This document shows positions 31,448 through 41,768 of a stretch of DNA of 64,000 nt, one piece after another (position 1 is the first letter of the stretch; the number at the start of each line of letters is the position of its first letter). The DNA comes from Candidatus Latescibacterota bacterium. Lineage in GTDB: Bacteria > Latescibacterota > UBA2968 > GCA-2709665. The notes under the pieces were generated by a model. That model was given only the letters and a program-made list of their open reading frames with translations. It was not told the origin of the DNA and did not search any database. A program made the position numbers and the translations under genes. The stretch spans positions 1,888,001-1,952,000 of the forward strand of contig OZ241917.1 in the NCBI GenBank assembly GCA_965203805.1, in the 5' to 3' direction.

Positions 31448-32671
31448 CTAGTTATTTGCACCAAAGTCAAGCGCATAGACCGCCACATTGCCATTGGAAT
31501 TTTCCGACTCTGCTGCCGACGGCTCACTCCATACATACAACTGATCCCGCGAAGATGCTATACTATTCCACGGGAGCGATATAACTTCGGATTCGAGGTG
31601 CTCCTTTGCTGACCTACTAAAGTCATAGACTCTGACGGCCTCTTCTGTGTCGAGGTCGTAAATCGACCAGTTGGTAATACTTGCGACGGTCGTGTCCTCG
31701 GTCGTGCCAGGGTTTATGTGCGAAACTATCAAAAAACGACCATGGACGATTGTCATGCTACGTACAGTTGTCATTTTCAATCCTCTCATATCTTCACGAC
31801 TCCCTTGTTCAATTCCATGATACCTTGTCGGCAACGGTACATATCCTTTCGGACGACGACCAAATCGCCTGATGGTTTTCCCAGTCTCGGCGTCGATTTC
31901 TCTAACCATGTAGTCGTTTGGTCCCAGGAAATACAGCCTATTCCGTACCACGCTGTAGCATAGATGCGCAAAGGCTTTCATGCGATATGAGATAAACCTC
32001 TGGGAATTGGTAGAAAGAGCCACGCGATACACAACATCCCATCTGGACGGTTCAAGGCGTCGCAATTCCATTATCTTCATCGGGTTTACCATAAGTACGA
32101 AGACCTCGCCCAATCTACCCGTTAACACCCTGGTGGCATGTAGTAACCGTGTCGTGTCCACATGCTTCCCGGCTCTGTCATATCGGACAATCTGGCCATA
32201 AGTTGAATCCAACAGGTACACCATACCCTGCGGGTCTATTGACATATAACGAGCACTGCCATATTCGCCTGGTCCGCGACCCTGACGACCGAAAGACTGG
32301 ATATAGCGTCCGTCCGAAAGGTCAAACTCATGTGCTCTTTCACCAATCCGGTCGGTAAGCAGTAGAGTGTTATCCCGTGTCACACCTATCCAGTTTGCCT
32401 CACCAATCCCAGGTGTTTTTTCGTTAAAGTCCAGACTAAATTGGCGCTTCAAATCAAGACCGATTTCGCCGATATATTCCAACTTCGTTTCGTGAATGGA
32501 CTCTTCGTTGGCCTCGTGAGGCGAAGACTTCGAATACGTCTCCTTCGACTGGTCCGGCACTTGTGCAACCGCCCGGGCGTTTCCGGAAACAAGAACGACC
32601 GTAAGTAAAAAAACAAAAAGACTGAACATTCTTTCCGTCCAATGACGTCCACCTAACGTGCTCTTCTTCAT
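31448..32671 (-). CDS. Secreted 6-bladed (NHL-like) beta-propeller protein
   Basis: Signal peptide; GRYIQSFGRQGRGPGEY, MSIDPQGMVYLLD, IVRYDRAGKHV. AAAGGAG RBS. Confidence 0.8.
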   Translation of the reverse strand: MKKSTLGGRHWTERMFSLFVFLLTVVLVSGNARAVAQVPDQSKETYSKSSPHEANEESIHETKLEYIGEIGLDLKRQFSLDFNEKTPGIGEANWIGVTRDNTLLLTDRIGERAHEFDLSDGRYIQSFGRQGRGPGEYGSARYMSIDPQGMVYLLDSTYGQIVRYDRAGKHVDTTRLLHATRVLTGRLGEVFVLMVNPMKIMELRRLEPSRWDVVYRVALSTNSQRFISYRMKAFAHLCYSVVRNRLYFLGPNDYMVREIDAETGKTIRRFGRRPKGYVPLPTRYHGIEQGSREDMRGLKMTTVRSMTIVHGRFLIVSHINPGTTEDTTVASITNWSIYDLDTEEAVRVYDFSRSAKEHLESEVISLPWNSIASSRDQLYVWSEPSAAESENSNGNVAVYALDFGANN

Positions 32672-32759
32672 CGTGAACTCCTTTCGAATTTGTGCTGTGT
32701 CATTGTGTAATGGTTATTTGCGTAACCATATTATAATACAATGACTTGTGTATGGAACC

Positions 32760-33087
32760 TACCTTTTCTACGAATTATTCAGGCTTAGTATGCATGACGT
32801 CGCCGATACCCCAGCGACACAATTGGATTCTCACGTTCACCTTTTCTCCAACGGCGGCGGCCTTCCACTTTCAAAACACCGTTCGCCTCACGCATTACCT
32901 CTCTCGAGGCCTGCTAAACCTTCACTCGCGTTACGGACTGTATACTTGCAAGTTGCCATGCGACCTATACACCGGGGGTTTAAGACAACTCGATGCTTTC
33001 CTGCCCGCTTTACTTGCTACCGACGGCGGCAACATTTGGCTGGTGCGACTCTCACCCACAAGAGTTCCGCGCCTTTTCACGGCGCAT
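32760..33087 (-). mobile_element. Group II intron 5' (domain I) remnant, no RT ORF
   Basis: Minus strand reads (A)TGCGCCGTGAAAAGGCG...GGTAGCAA...CCGTAACGCGAGTGAA..AGCAGGCCTCGA...GGAAGGCCG...GGGGTA..GGCGAC, as recalled for bacterial group II intron 5' ends. The first G is mutated. Confidence 0.7.
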
Positions 33088-33158
33088 TGTTGTCGAATTA
33101 GGACTAATCAAACAATAATGTACGAGGAGACTCGGTTGATCGAGTTCTATAAGTAGCC

Positions 33159-34631
33159 TCACTCGGCATCACCTTGATTAACCAATCTTAGATTGTACCT
33201 CTCCTGCAACAGTTTCTTGTCCGTGTTTTGAATTTCTATACACATTTCCATGGCGAGTTCATAGCTATAACGGATCTGGTCGCACGAGACAGGGTTCGGA
33301 TTTATCGGGTCCCCAGTTGCAGTCCGGGCATCATATATACACCCCCCCCCACACAGGTTTCTTGCCCAGCAACGCCGGCAGTCGGAACGGGAATCGACAT
33401 GGAACGAATCTTTGAATCCATCCTGGACATTTTCGTCAAGACCAGAGAATACGTCGCCCATCTTAAACTCCGGCCGGTCGGCAAGACTTGAGCAAAAATA
33501 GATGTCGCCATCTACATCCACGGCCAGAAATGTCCTGCCGCCTTGACAGCCATAACAAGATTTCGCGCGAGTCATCAATCGTTCGATATAACGGTCGAAA
33601 AATCCTCTCTCGTGCGATCCTTCCAGAATTCTCTCCGTCTCCTGGCTGCTTAAACCGCGAAGTCTACGCTTTATTTCAGGCAGATGCTCCTCGCGAAGTG
33701 CATAAGGTTCTTCAGGTGCAGCAACGACAGGAGCCACTCTAACACGACATGCGCCAAGTTGCCTCAAATCATCAGCAATGGACTCCCTGTCCAGATTGTA
33801 CGAAGTCATTGTTGCGCGTACCGATACCTTATCCGGTGACTCTTTCGTCAATTTCAACAGGTTCTCGGCCACCACATTGTACGTTTCACTGCCATCTCGA
33901 AACTTCCGCAGTCGGTTTTGGTCTCTCGGGTTGCCATCGACACTAACCTGAATGTGAATTTCCTCATCAATCAGAAACTGTAAGATTTCATCCGAAATTA
34001 GAGTGCCATTTGTTGCGATTCCAAAAGAGACCTGAACCCCAACCCGATGGGCATACTCACGGGCAAAGGGAATGATATCTCGAATTAACTCGAAGTTCAG
34101 GAGCGGTTCCCCACCGAAAAAGTCTATCTGACACCTGCCGAACGAGCGAGCTTCACTCAGTGCCCATCGTACAGCCTGCCTTGCAACATGCGGCGTCATA
34201 AATCCCGGTACCCTTCCGTAGTCGCCGCCATGTGCGAAGCAATAGGTACATTTGACGTTACAGGCGTGCGAAACGTGTAACGTGATATAAAAATGACTCG
34301 CACCGGGCCCGGACTCTGGCAATCCGCAGATCCCTTGATCCGGCCCCTGTGAATCTGAATAAAGTTTCAGCGAGGCATCGTATATGAGCTGGGCTTCGGC
34401 AAGGACCTCAACTGCCTTTAACACGTCCTCGCCAGGAAATTCATCGGCCAATTTAAGAACGACTTCCTGGTCCGTTAGTCCGTCGCAAATCTTGAGGATC
34501 GACTCATAGAGCGGATCCAGTTCAAAGAACAGTCCCGTGTAAACCTGAAACGAAAAAGCACGTTTCGACTGGTATGTTCTGAAGAGATGCATATCAGATT
34601 TTGCGATTCGTACCACTTCCTCTGCCCCCAT
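33159..34631 (-). CDS. Radical SAM/SPASM peptide maturase with N-terminal RRE (CteB/PapB/QhpD-like)
   Basis: CNVKCTYC, FFGGEPLL, ATNGT, VSVDG; SPASM CQGG...DGDIYFC...CRRCWARNLCGGGC...C. N-terminal HLF...FQVYTGLFFELD + helices resembles an RRE. Start is probably 34631 or slightly downstream, not 34766. Confidence 0.92.
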   Translation of the reverse strand: MGAEEVVRIAKSDMHLFRTYQSKRAFSFQVYTGLFFELDPLYESILKICDGLTDQEVVLKLADEFPGEDVLKAVEVLAEAQLIYDASLKLYSDSQGPDQGICGLPESGPGASHFYITLHVSHACNVKCTYCFAHGGDYGRVPGFMTPHVARQAVRWALSEARSFGRCQIDFFGGEPLLNFELIRDIIPFAREYAHRVGVQVSFGIATNGTLISDEILQFLIDEEIHIQVSVDGNPRDQNRLRKFRDGSETYNVVAENLLKLTKESPDKVSVRATMTSYNLDRESIADDLRQLGACRVRVAPVVAAPEEPYALREEHLPEIKRRLRGLSSQETERILEGSHERGFFDRYIERLMTRAKSCYGCQGGRTFLAVDVDGDIYFCSSLADRPEFKMGDVFSGLDENVQDGFKDSFHVDSRSDCRRCWARNLCGGGCIYDARTATGDPINPNPVSCDQIRYSYELAMEMCIEIQNTDKKLLQERYNLRLVNQGDAE

Positions 34632-34657
34632 TACCCAACAAACAACCAACCGACATA

Positions 34658-34876
34658 CTATTGGGCTGACTGCTTTTCCTGTGGAGTGAGTCCATTCTGT
34701 GATTTTTCGATTGACGCCACGATTGTCATTGGAGGGGGCAGAATAGGGAACCACGGCCATACGCATACCAACGCTTCAATAGGAGTCGTCGATCCAAAGC
34801 ATCCGTGAATTCTTCCCCTATTGTCGGAAACACCGTTGATCAAGTACAGGGAAGGTTCGGGATTACTATGTGCCAT
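34658..34876 (-). CDS. Putative RiPP precursor 1 (72 aa; PapA/SCIFF-like leader)
   Basis: RBS AAGGAGGA then ATG at 34876. Sequence MAHSNPEPSLYLINGVSDNRGRIHG-CFGSTTPIEALVCVWPWFPILPPPMTIVASIEKSQNGLTPQEKQSAQ. Directly upstream of the rSAM gene. Confidence 0.7.
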   Translation of the reverse strand: MAHSNPEPSLYLINGVSDNRGRIHGCFGSTTPIEALVCVWPWFPILPPPMTIVASIEKSQNGLTPQEKQSAQ

Positions 34877-34971
34877 TATCGTCCTCCTTGCCCGTTCAGC
34901 TTTGCGCGTCTCTATACTACAATGGAGATCAAACACGTGGCGCCAATTCCATCATGCAATTAGTAGGATAT

Positions 34972-34987
34972 TGCAAACCACGTACCC
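34972..34987 (-). promoter_or_regulatory. Candidate sigma54 (-24/-12) promoter
   Basis: Minus strand GGGTACGTGGTTTGCA versus consensus TGGCACG-N4-TTGCW (GG-N10-GC spacing exact). About 95 bp upstream of precursor 1, with an AT-rich tract further upstream and a sigma54 activator gene next door. Confidence 0.65.
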
Positions 34988-35252
34988 GAAAAACAAAAAA
35001 CGCTTGTGTGAGACCACAAGCGAAATAATTACAATGATTTATTTATTTGTTTTTCTTTTTTATTCCCGACGAGAGTCCGTTCTTAAATTGTATTCATTGT
35101 ATACAGAACTCTTCCTATGTGAAAGGTACGCGTAAATTCAAACGAACAAAACCTTAAAATACAATACTTTAAATTCTGTCCAACGCCGTCTACACTACTT
35201 TAGGATCGATGCGCAAGCTATCTACGCTGATGGCGAGGCTTCATCGTGCGAC

Positions 35253-38200
35253 TCAACGCAGACCATAACGCGTCATCATCTTCTGAAGTCCATTTCGGCT
35301 GAGACCCAAATGAGCGGCAGTATGAGAAATGTTGCCCTTGCATTTGTCAAGTGCCGCGGCTATCATCCTTTTTTCAAGGGCAGCCACCTCCGATTTTAGA
35401 TGTCCTCGCGAACCTTGTTCGGCGTCTTGACGATGTTCAATCCTCTTCGAGAATAGATCGACGGAAACCTTCTTTCCTTCTTCAACCAACGCAACCGCGC
35501 GTCTTATCTCATTCTGCAATTCACGGACATTGCCCGGCCACGCGTGATCCATTAATCCCCGCATTGCCCCCACTGTAAGGCCCAGTACTTCCTTTCCCTG
35601 CTCCGAAGAAACACGCTTCAGTATATGCTCTGACAACGAAGGGATGTCCTCAATACGGTCACGCAGTGGAGGCATTTCAATCTGTAAAACGCGCAGCCGG
35701 TAATACAAGTCCTCCCGAAAAAGACCGGCACGCACGTCCGCTTCCAGGTCGCGATTCGTCGCTGCAATCACCCGAACGTCTACGTGGCGAACATTAGTCT
35801 CTCCTACTCGCTGTGTCTCCCCATCCTGCAGTACGCGCAACAGGCTTATCTGCAATTGCGAAGAGGCATCCCCGATTTCATCCAGAAACACGGAACCGCC
35901 CTCCGCGGAGGCGAATAGTCCCTTGCGGTCGGATGAAGCCCCGGTGAATGAGCCTCTTTTGTGACCGAACAGCTCGCTCTGAAGCAGTTCGTGGGTAAGC
36001 GCCCCGCAATTTGCGGAGAGAAAGGGTTTCGCCTTGCGGTTGCTCCGGGTATGGATAGCCCGGGCGGCCAGTTCCTTCCCCGTTCCCGTCTCACCCTGTA
36101 TAAGCACAGTCATGTCGCTTTCAGCCGCCACGTCGACCAGTTTGAACACTTCCTGCATCACCTGACTCTGTCCGATAAGTTCTCCCATTCGGTAGGTGCC
36201 CTCGTATTTTTCCTGGAAAAAAAGTGCCTGCTCCTGGATCCGGGAGAACATCCGGGCGTTGACAACCGCAATGGAGGCCAAATTCGCAAATGCCGCAAAC
36301 AAGGCTGTGTCTTCTTCGCGAAACAAATCTTCTAGCTTTCTATGGTCCAAATACAGCGCGCCGATGACACCCGATTCCGCATGCCGCAGTGGAACGCAAA
36401 GCACCGATCGGATGCCGTAGGCCGAAACGCTGGCCCTTTTTCTGAATCGATCGTCAACGCGGGCATCCAGACTCAATACGGGCTCGCACTGCTGCATCGA
36501 CCACCTGATTATTCCCTCGCTGATCTCCCTTGCTGCTAAATCATCCAGATTATACTTACGCGCAACCTTGACGCGACCGGCTGCCCCATCCTCGATAGCA
36601 ATCAAAACACGTTCGGCATGGCTCACCTTCTTCAGTCGGTCCAGAATTCGATCAAGTAGCACATTCAGGTCCAAGACCGACGTCAAGTCTTCGGATACTT
36701 CATAAAGGGTCTGCAGATGCTCTTGGGAAAGCGCCGTAACCTTCGCCTCTGGTGTTATAGTCATCGCAGTTTCCTCAATAACCAGGTTTAGGAGATCCGC
36801 TGCCTTTCGGGCCAGATAACGCAGATTCAAGCGTTCGGCAGCCTGAAGGGCGTTTTCCAGGTGCCGCCGGGCATCGGCATGACGCCGTCGCTCAACATAA
36901 TAACTGCCCGCTACAACCAACAGATTTACCTGTTCAAAACCGTCAGGCGAACCCTGTGTGTCCGATGCATGATCAATCAGGGAATCGACTTCTTCATGAC
37001 GGTCGGCCGCAACAAGCGATTTTGCCTTTGCAGTCCATGCAAGGGCGCGGACATTCCCGCCGTACTCTACACCCGGCCAAGCCCGTTCGGCCCAGGCCAG
37101 CGCCTCTTCGACACGGCCGGTTTGCGCCAATGTCTCGGCAAGCAACGCATGAGCCCGGCACATTTCATCGGGACTTTCGGCACCCGACAGAAGCCCCACC
37201 GCGGCACTCGCGTGGGCCTCTGCAGCCTCGGTATCTCCACGTTCCAGGACAATCCTGCCCAAATACACGAGTGATCCTGCTTCCGCAAGTCTCGAACCGC
37301 GTTTGGCCCAAAAATCCTTAAGTTCTAAGAAAATCTCCTCGGCCCGATCGAAATTTCCCAGCCGATTCTCTGCACGTCCCAAAAGGAAAAGACAGTTATG
37401 GCGATAAGTGCGATCGCCGTTATTCTCCAGTAGATTCAATGAAGAATCCAGGAGCTTTTTCGATCTGTCATTAAGATAGGTAAACTGCGCCGCAAACCCG
37501 AGATGCATCAAAGCGCGTGCTTCGTTGATAGACCCTCCCATTTCGCGACATTTCGCGGCGGCTAATTGACTATATCTCGCAGCAACCTCTTTTTTATTCA
37601 GCGCTACGTAGAGATTAGACAACAAACCCAAAACCCTAAGTTCATTCTCGGCCTCGCCCTGATTCCGCAAGAGTTCCAGCGCTTCTAACAACATCGACTC
37701 AGCTCTTTGGTAGTCCCCGCCATTCACGCAGGTAATTCCCAAAATCCTCAACACATTCGCCCTTTGCGCGGGCATTTCGACGGACGCCCACTGCAGGGCC
37801 CCTTCCATCTCCCGGCGGGCGTCCTCGTACCTGTCGCATCCGCATAGCGCTTCGGAGTAAGCGCAGAGAAAGTCGAGATGCATCACGGACCCCCTTGCAA
37901 ATCCGACGGGCGCATCGGGCGAGAGCGCGCCTTTTTTGAGAACAGTTCGGAACTGTTTGAGTGCGTACGAGAAATATTGCATCCCCAATGCCTTGCGGCC
38001 GGATTCTGTCACGTACAGCGCCATTTTTTCAAGGTCGTTCGACCTCGAAAAGTGATAGGCCAATTCATCCAGTGACTCAGCGGCGCCGCAATCCAACCGT
38101 TTCTCTAAGGCCCTGCCTGCCTCCTGGTGAAGAAACGTACGTTGGCTTTCGGAAATGCCTTCATAAACGGCCCGCCGAATCAGTCCATGTGAGAACCGAT

Positions 38201-40139
38201 AACGTCCACTCGGTTCTTGCAAATCTTCCAAATGGCCCAGGTTGACGTTCGTATCCAGCTTCTCTAGTAAATCCAGTTCATCCTTGCACCAGACCTCTGA
38301 AATCAGCTCGAACGAAAACGCACCGCGAAAGATCGAGGCATATTCCAGCACCTGCCGTTGGGACGACTGCAGCCGTCCCAGACGCAACTCGATTGCCTGC
38401 ATAATGCCCGTGGGCATCGGCCATTCGGTTGACTTCGGCCAATTCCAATTGCCTGCCGAATCCTTCCAGATTGAGCCGTCCGCAATAGCTCCTCGAACCA
38501 TTTCTACGATAAACAGTGGATTTCCCCCAGTTTCCAGGAAGACCCTCCGAGCTTCTTCCTCGGAGACCACCTGCTCTCCAAGCAGGGACGCAGCCAGACA
38601 CCCAGTTTCGTCCATACGGAGAGGCTGGAGATGAAAATGTACAATTCGAGTTCCATCTGACCCATTTGTCAGGTCGTCGATTCCCGGGGGTAGCGGATCT
38701 TCGTCCACAGTGCGGCAGGCGAGCCCGAAGATGAGAGGTGCGGGATCAGGATTTCTCCTCGTAAAGTCAAGGAACCGCAGGGTCAAGTCATCGGCCCACT
38801 GCAGGTCTTCAATGCATACAAGGGTGGGCGCTTCCCGGCTCAGATCGACGAGCAGTTCCGACAAAGTCTCCATCGCCGGGTACGGATCCGGCTGATCGGC
38901 GGGCACCGGACGTTCGATTTGCGTTAGAACCCGCCTGACGGATGCTTCGAGGTCCGAACCTCTAATGTCGGGCAGTTCCGCCATATCCCTCAGCATTTCA
39001 AGAAATGGACCAAAGGCTTGGCCGCCGCTCTCATAACAACGTCCTGTTTGTACGCGCATCCCGTTAACGCGGGCGTCGGCCTTAAATTCTTCGAGAACTT
39101 GCGTCTTCCCGATGCCAGCACTCCCGCTAACGAGAATCATGTGCCCAATACACTCGCGAGTATCCTGCAGGATCTTCCACAGAGCCTTCATCTCTTGTTG
39201 CCGACCCTGGAACTGGGGTTGCAAAAATGGAACGTCCGTGGTACCCAAGACAGGCAGCATTGTGACGGTAGCTTCGTCGCAGTATTCATGGAATCCGCTT
39301 GCCTCGTTAATCGTCAAATCATAGAGCAAGCTCCCAACCGAACTGTACCGGTCAATCGGCTCCTTCTTGAGAAGCTTCATTACTGACTCTTCGATTCCCG
39401 AGGAATTTTCGCCGGCAACAAGGTGCGGAGGACAAGGTAATTCTTGCAAATGCTTAGTCAATATTGTCGCCGGATCTGTTCCCGTGAACGGTGGATTCCC
39501 GGAGAGAATCTCGTAAAGAATGACTCCCAATGAATAAAGGTCGGATCGCTGGTCAACTCCCCGGCCCCGAATCTGTTCGGGAGACATGTACTCCAAGGTC
39601 CCCGTAGCTGCTTCCGGAGGCTGCAGGCGTTCATCCGCAGCATCTTTAAATCGCGCCAGACCCAAGTCCAGAATCGTAACCTCGGGTTGGCCGTCATTTT
39701 CTGAAATAATGATATTGGAGGGTTTAAGATCTTTGTGTATTACACCAAGTTCATGGATGTATGCAAGCCCCTCACCAGTCTGCCGGACAAACGGAACGAG
39801 CCACGCGGATTTTAGTTTCCCGCGGTATTCTGCGCTTGAAATCAGGTCAGACAGTGGATGACCCTGGACATAATCCATCGAAAAATACGGTCTCCCGTCG
39901 TGAAGGCCCCACCTGCGTGAAACTACAATTCGAGGATGTCGGATCCGAGACAGGATATCAAACTCCCTCAGAAATCGCCTTTGCGCCACTTCCCCAGAGA
40001 TATTCAACACCTTAAGCGCTACAATGGAGTCTTCCCGGACGTCCCGCGCGCGATATACGATTCCTATACCTCCGTTTCCGACCGTATCCAGGATCTTGTA
40101 TCGTCCGTCGACAACCATTCCAGTCTCTATTTCGGCCAT
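35253..40139 (-). CDS. Hybrid Ser/Thr kinase - AAA ATPase - TPR - GAF - sigma54 activator - Fis HTH
   Basis: Kinase [32 protein letters not shown]; second P-loop GSAGIGKT with CIEDLQWAD; TPRs; GAF ([16 protein letters not shown]); [44 protein letters not shown]; C-terminal HTH. Confidence 0.93.
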   Translation of the reverse strand: MAEIETGMVVDGRYKILDTVGNGGIGIVYRARDVREDSIVALKVLNISGEVAQRRFLREFDILSRIRHPRIVVSRRWGLHDGRPYFSMDYVQGHPLSDLISSAEYRGKLKSAWLVPFVRQTGEGLAYIHELGVIHKDLKPSNIIISENDGQPEVTILDLGLARFKDAADERLQPPEAATGTLEYMSPEQIRGRGVDQRSDLYSLGVILYEILSGNPPFTGTDPATILTKHLQELPCPPHLVAGENSSGIEESVMKLLKKEPIDRYSSVGSLLYDLTINEASGFHEYCDEATVTMLPVLGTTDVPFLQPQFQGRQQEMKALWKILQDTRECIGHMILVSGSAGIGKTQVLEEFKADARVNGMRVQTGRCYESGGQAFGPFLEMLRDMAELPDIRGSDLEASVRRVLTQIERPVPADQPDPYPAMETLSELLVDLSREAPTLVCIEDLQWADDLTLRFLDFTRRNPDPAPLIFGLACRTVDEDPLPPGIDDLTNGSDGTRIVHFHLQPLRMDETGCLAASLLGEQVVSEEEARRVFLETGGNPLFIVEMVRGAIADGSIWKDSAGNWNWPKSTEWPMPTGIMQAIELRLGRLQSSQRQVLEYASIFRGAFSFELISEVWCKDELDLLEKLDTNVNLGHLEDLQEPSGRYRFSHGLIRRAVYEGISESQRTFLHQEAGRALEKRLDCGAAESLDELAYHFSRSNDLEKMALYVTESGRKALGMQYFSYALKQFRTVLKKGALSPDAPVGFARGSVMHLDFLCAYSEALCGCDRYEDARREMEGALQWASVEMPAQRANVLRILGITCVNGGDYQRAESMLLEALELLRNQGEAENELRVLGLLSNLYVALNKKEVAARYSQLAAAKCREMGGSINEARALMHLGFAAQFTYLNDRSKKLLDSSLNLLENNGDRTYRHNCLFLLGRAENRLGNFDRAEEIFLELKDFWAKRGSRLAEAGSLVYLGRIVLERGDTEAAEAHASAAVGLLSGAESPDEMCRAHALLAETLAQTGRVEEALAWAERAWPGVEYGGNVRALAWTAKAKSLVAADRHEEVDSLIDHASDTQGSPDGFEQVNLLVVAGSYYVERRRHADARRHLENALQAAERLNLRYLARKAADLLNLVIEETAMTITPEAKVTALSQEHLQTLYEVSEDLTSVLDLNVLLDRILDRLKKVSHAERVLIAIEDGAAGRVKVARKYNLDDLAAREISEGIIRWSMQQCEPVLSLDARVDDRFRKRASVSAYGIRSVLCVPLRHAESGVIGALYLDHRKLEDLFREEDTALFAAFANLASIAVVNARMFSRIQEQALFFQEKYEGTYRMGELIGQSQVMQEVFKLVDVAAESDMTVLIQGETGTGKELAARAIHTRSNRKAKPFLSANCGALTHELLQSELFGHKRGSFTGASSDRKGLFASAEGGSVFLDEIGDASSQLQISLLRVLQDGETQRVGETNVRHVDVRVIAATNRDLEADVRAGLFREDLYYRLRVLQIEMPPLRDRIEDIPSLSEHILKRVSSEQGKEVLGLTVGAMRGLMDHAWPGNVRELQNEIRRAVALVEEGKKVSVDLFSKRIEHRQDAEQGSRGHLKSEVAALEKRMIAAALDKCKGNISHTAAHLGLSRNGLQKMMTRYGLR

Positions 40140-40647
40140 AGTAGTTAACCTGAGGAAAAATGACTCGCGTCTAGCGAACCTGGTTCGTTCACGTTCCGTC
40201 TAAAAACAAACCGGAGTTTGATCGCGGATACCTTCGTCCCTATCGTCGAGTATAGCGATCTGTGTGGCTCGACGAGCCATTAAAGAAGCAACGTTCAAGC
40301 CCTCCGACCCCGCTACCGAATTGGTTGGGGGATGGTTGGTCTCACCGCTGACAGCCGAGGGCTGAAGGCATTCCTACAGGAAACTCCATTGAAACTCGCC
40401 GAGGGCGGTTACCCCGCAGTCTGATTTGCAAGCCTGGATCATTACGGGTTCCATCGGTCCGCCGGATCCTCCCACAATTCCCGAAAGTCATTCATTCCGA
40501 GGGGTACCAGTTCACACGACGAAACCGATGGCTGTAAGCAGTTACACCCCGTCCTACCAACCGTTACGTTTTGGACTGTTCCTCGTGCAGGATTTCCTGC
40601 AGCCTGCGGTAGAGTGAAATTCTCCGTTCAGCGTCAAGGGTACGGCG

Positions 40648-41541
40648 TTATCGATCAAGAATCCGGTCCGCATCTTCATTCTCGAAACACGGATAATTCC
40701 TGCTGTCTTTGACCTGCGACGAATGCCAGCTTGCCCTCAGATCGAGGGGAACGGCGGAAAGGCTTCCTCCACCTGTAAATAACGCCTCGAACTCCTGCGT
40801 TCGCAGCCGATGCAGGTAAACGGAATATTCGATTTCTCGTACCTTGCAATCAACTCCCACATCCGCCAGTTCGTCCTGCAACACTACGCCGATGTACTTG
40901 CTGACTTGAGAACCGACCGGTACCAGGAATTCGAACCTGAATACGGTTTTGACGCCGTCCACAGCCCGATCCAGAACGCCGTCGCCGTAGGTATCGAACG
41001 AGCCAGCCGCCTGGAGCAATTCTGCGGCCCGATCGCGGTCGTATTCGAGAGATTCCAAGCCGGCGTGAAATTCCGGACAGGACAAATGAATGGGCCCGTC
41101 GATGTTAGCGCCAAGTCAATGGATCAGATCTCGAATAATGCTCTTGCGCGGCGTCAGATGAGCCATCGATCGGCGGACCCGTTTATCGCGAAATATCGGT
41201 TGGGCAATGTTCCATGCGATGTAATTGATACCGCTTGCGTATCGGATGACCTTGAAGCTGAACAAGATGTCCGCCGGGGTCACCGACCTGCCATCCGAAA
41301 AACGGGCGTCTTCGCGAATGTCGAACGTATTCGAAAGCTTGTCAGCGGACGCCACGGAATAAACGGCCGCCAGTTTTCCCTTGAATTGGTATGGCGGCAT
41401 GTTCTCCATTAATATCAAATTCTCGAACATGTGCTCTAGGATTCTGTGTGAACCATAGTCCATATTTCCATACGGATTGAGCGTTGCCGGCTCCGAACAA
41501 CGCGTGGAGAACCAGCTAGTCTCCATAAACAGGGCTTTCAT
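40648..41541 (-). pseudogene. Peptide ABC substrate-binding protein (family 5), fragmented
   Basis: EPATLNP, FSDGRSVTPADILFSF, FRDKRVRRSMA and AAELLQAAG fall in different frames with an internal deletion. Confidence 0.75.
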
Positions 41542-41768
41542 TCCCTTCGTGCCTCGCCAGCACCTTCTCGGTCCCGTCGAGCACCATCAACCCATGATTC
41601 TTCGCCAGAATCTTCTCTACTCTCTTCTATATTCACCGGCACCAGCCTCTACACCGAAGAAGCTGGGAAATGCGTCAGAGCGAACAAGACCGTACTTGTA
41701 ATTGGTGTATTCAATGGATCCACCGATGATTGACAAGTTCAATCACTTTTGATCGCATGCTGCCAATT

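Noticed and set aside
33159-34631. rSAM as an anaerobic sulfatase maturase
   Set aside because: It has an RRE-like N-terminus, an adjacent peptide, protease and exporter, and there is no sulfatase in the window.
34632-34766. N-terminal extension of the rSAM ORF in the track
   Set aside because: It overlaps precursor 1, which has a much better RBS, and RRE-like sequence starts only after about 34631.
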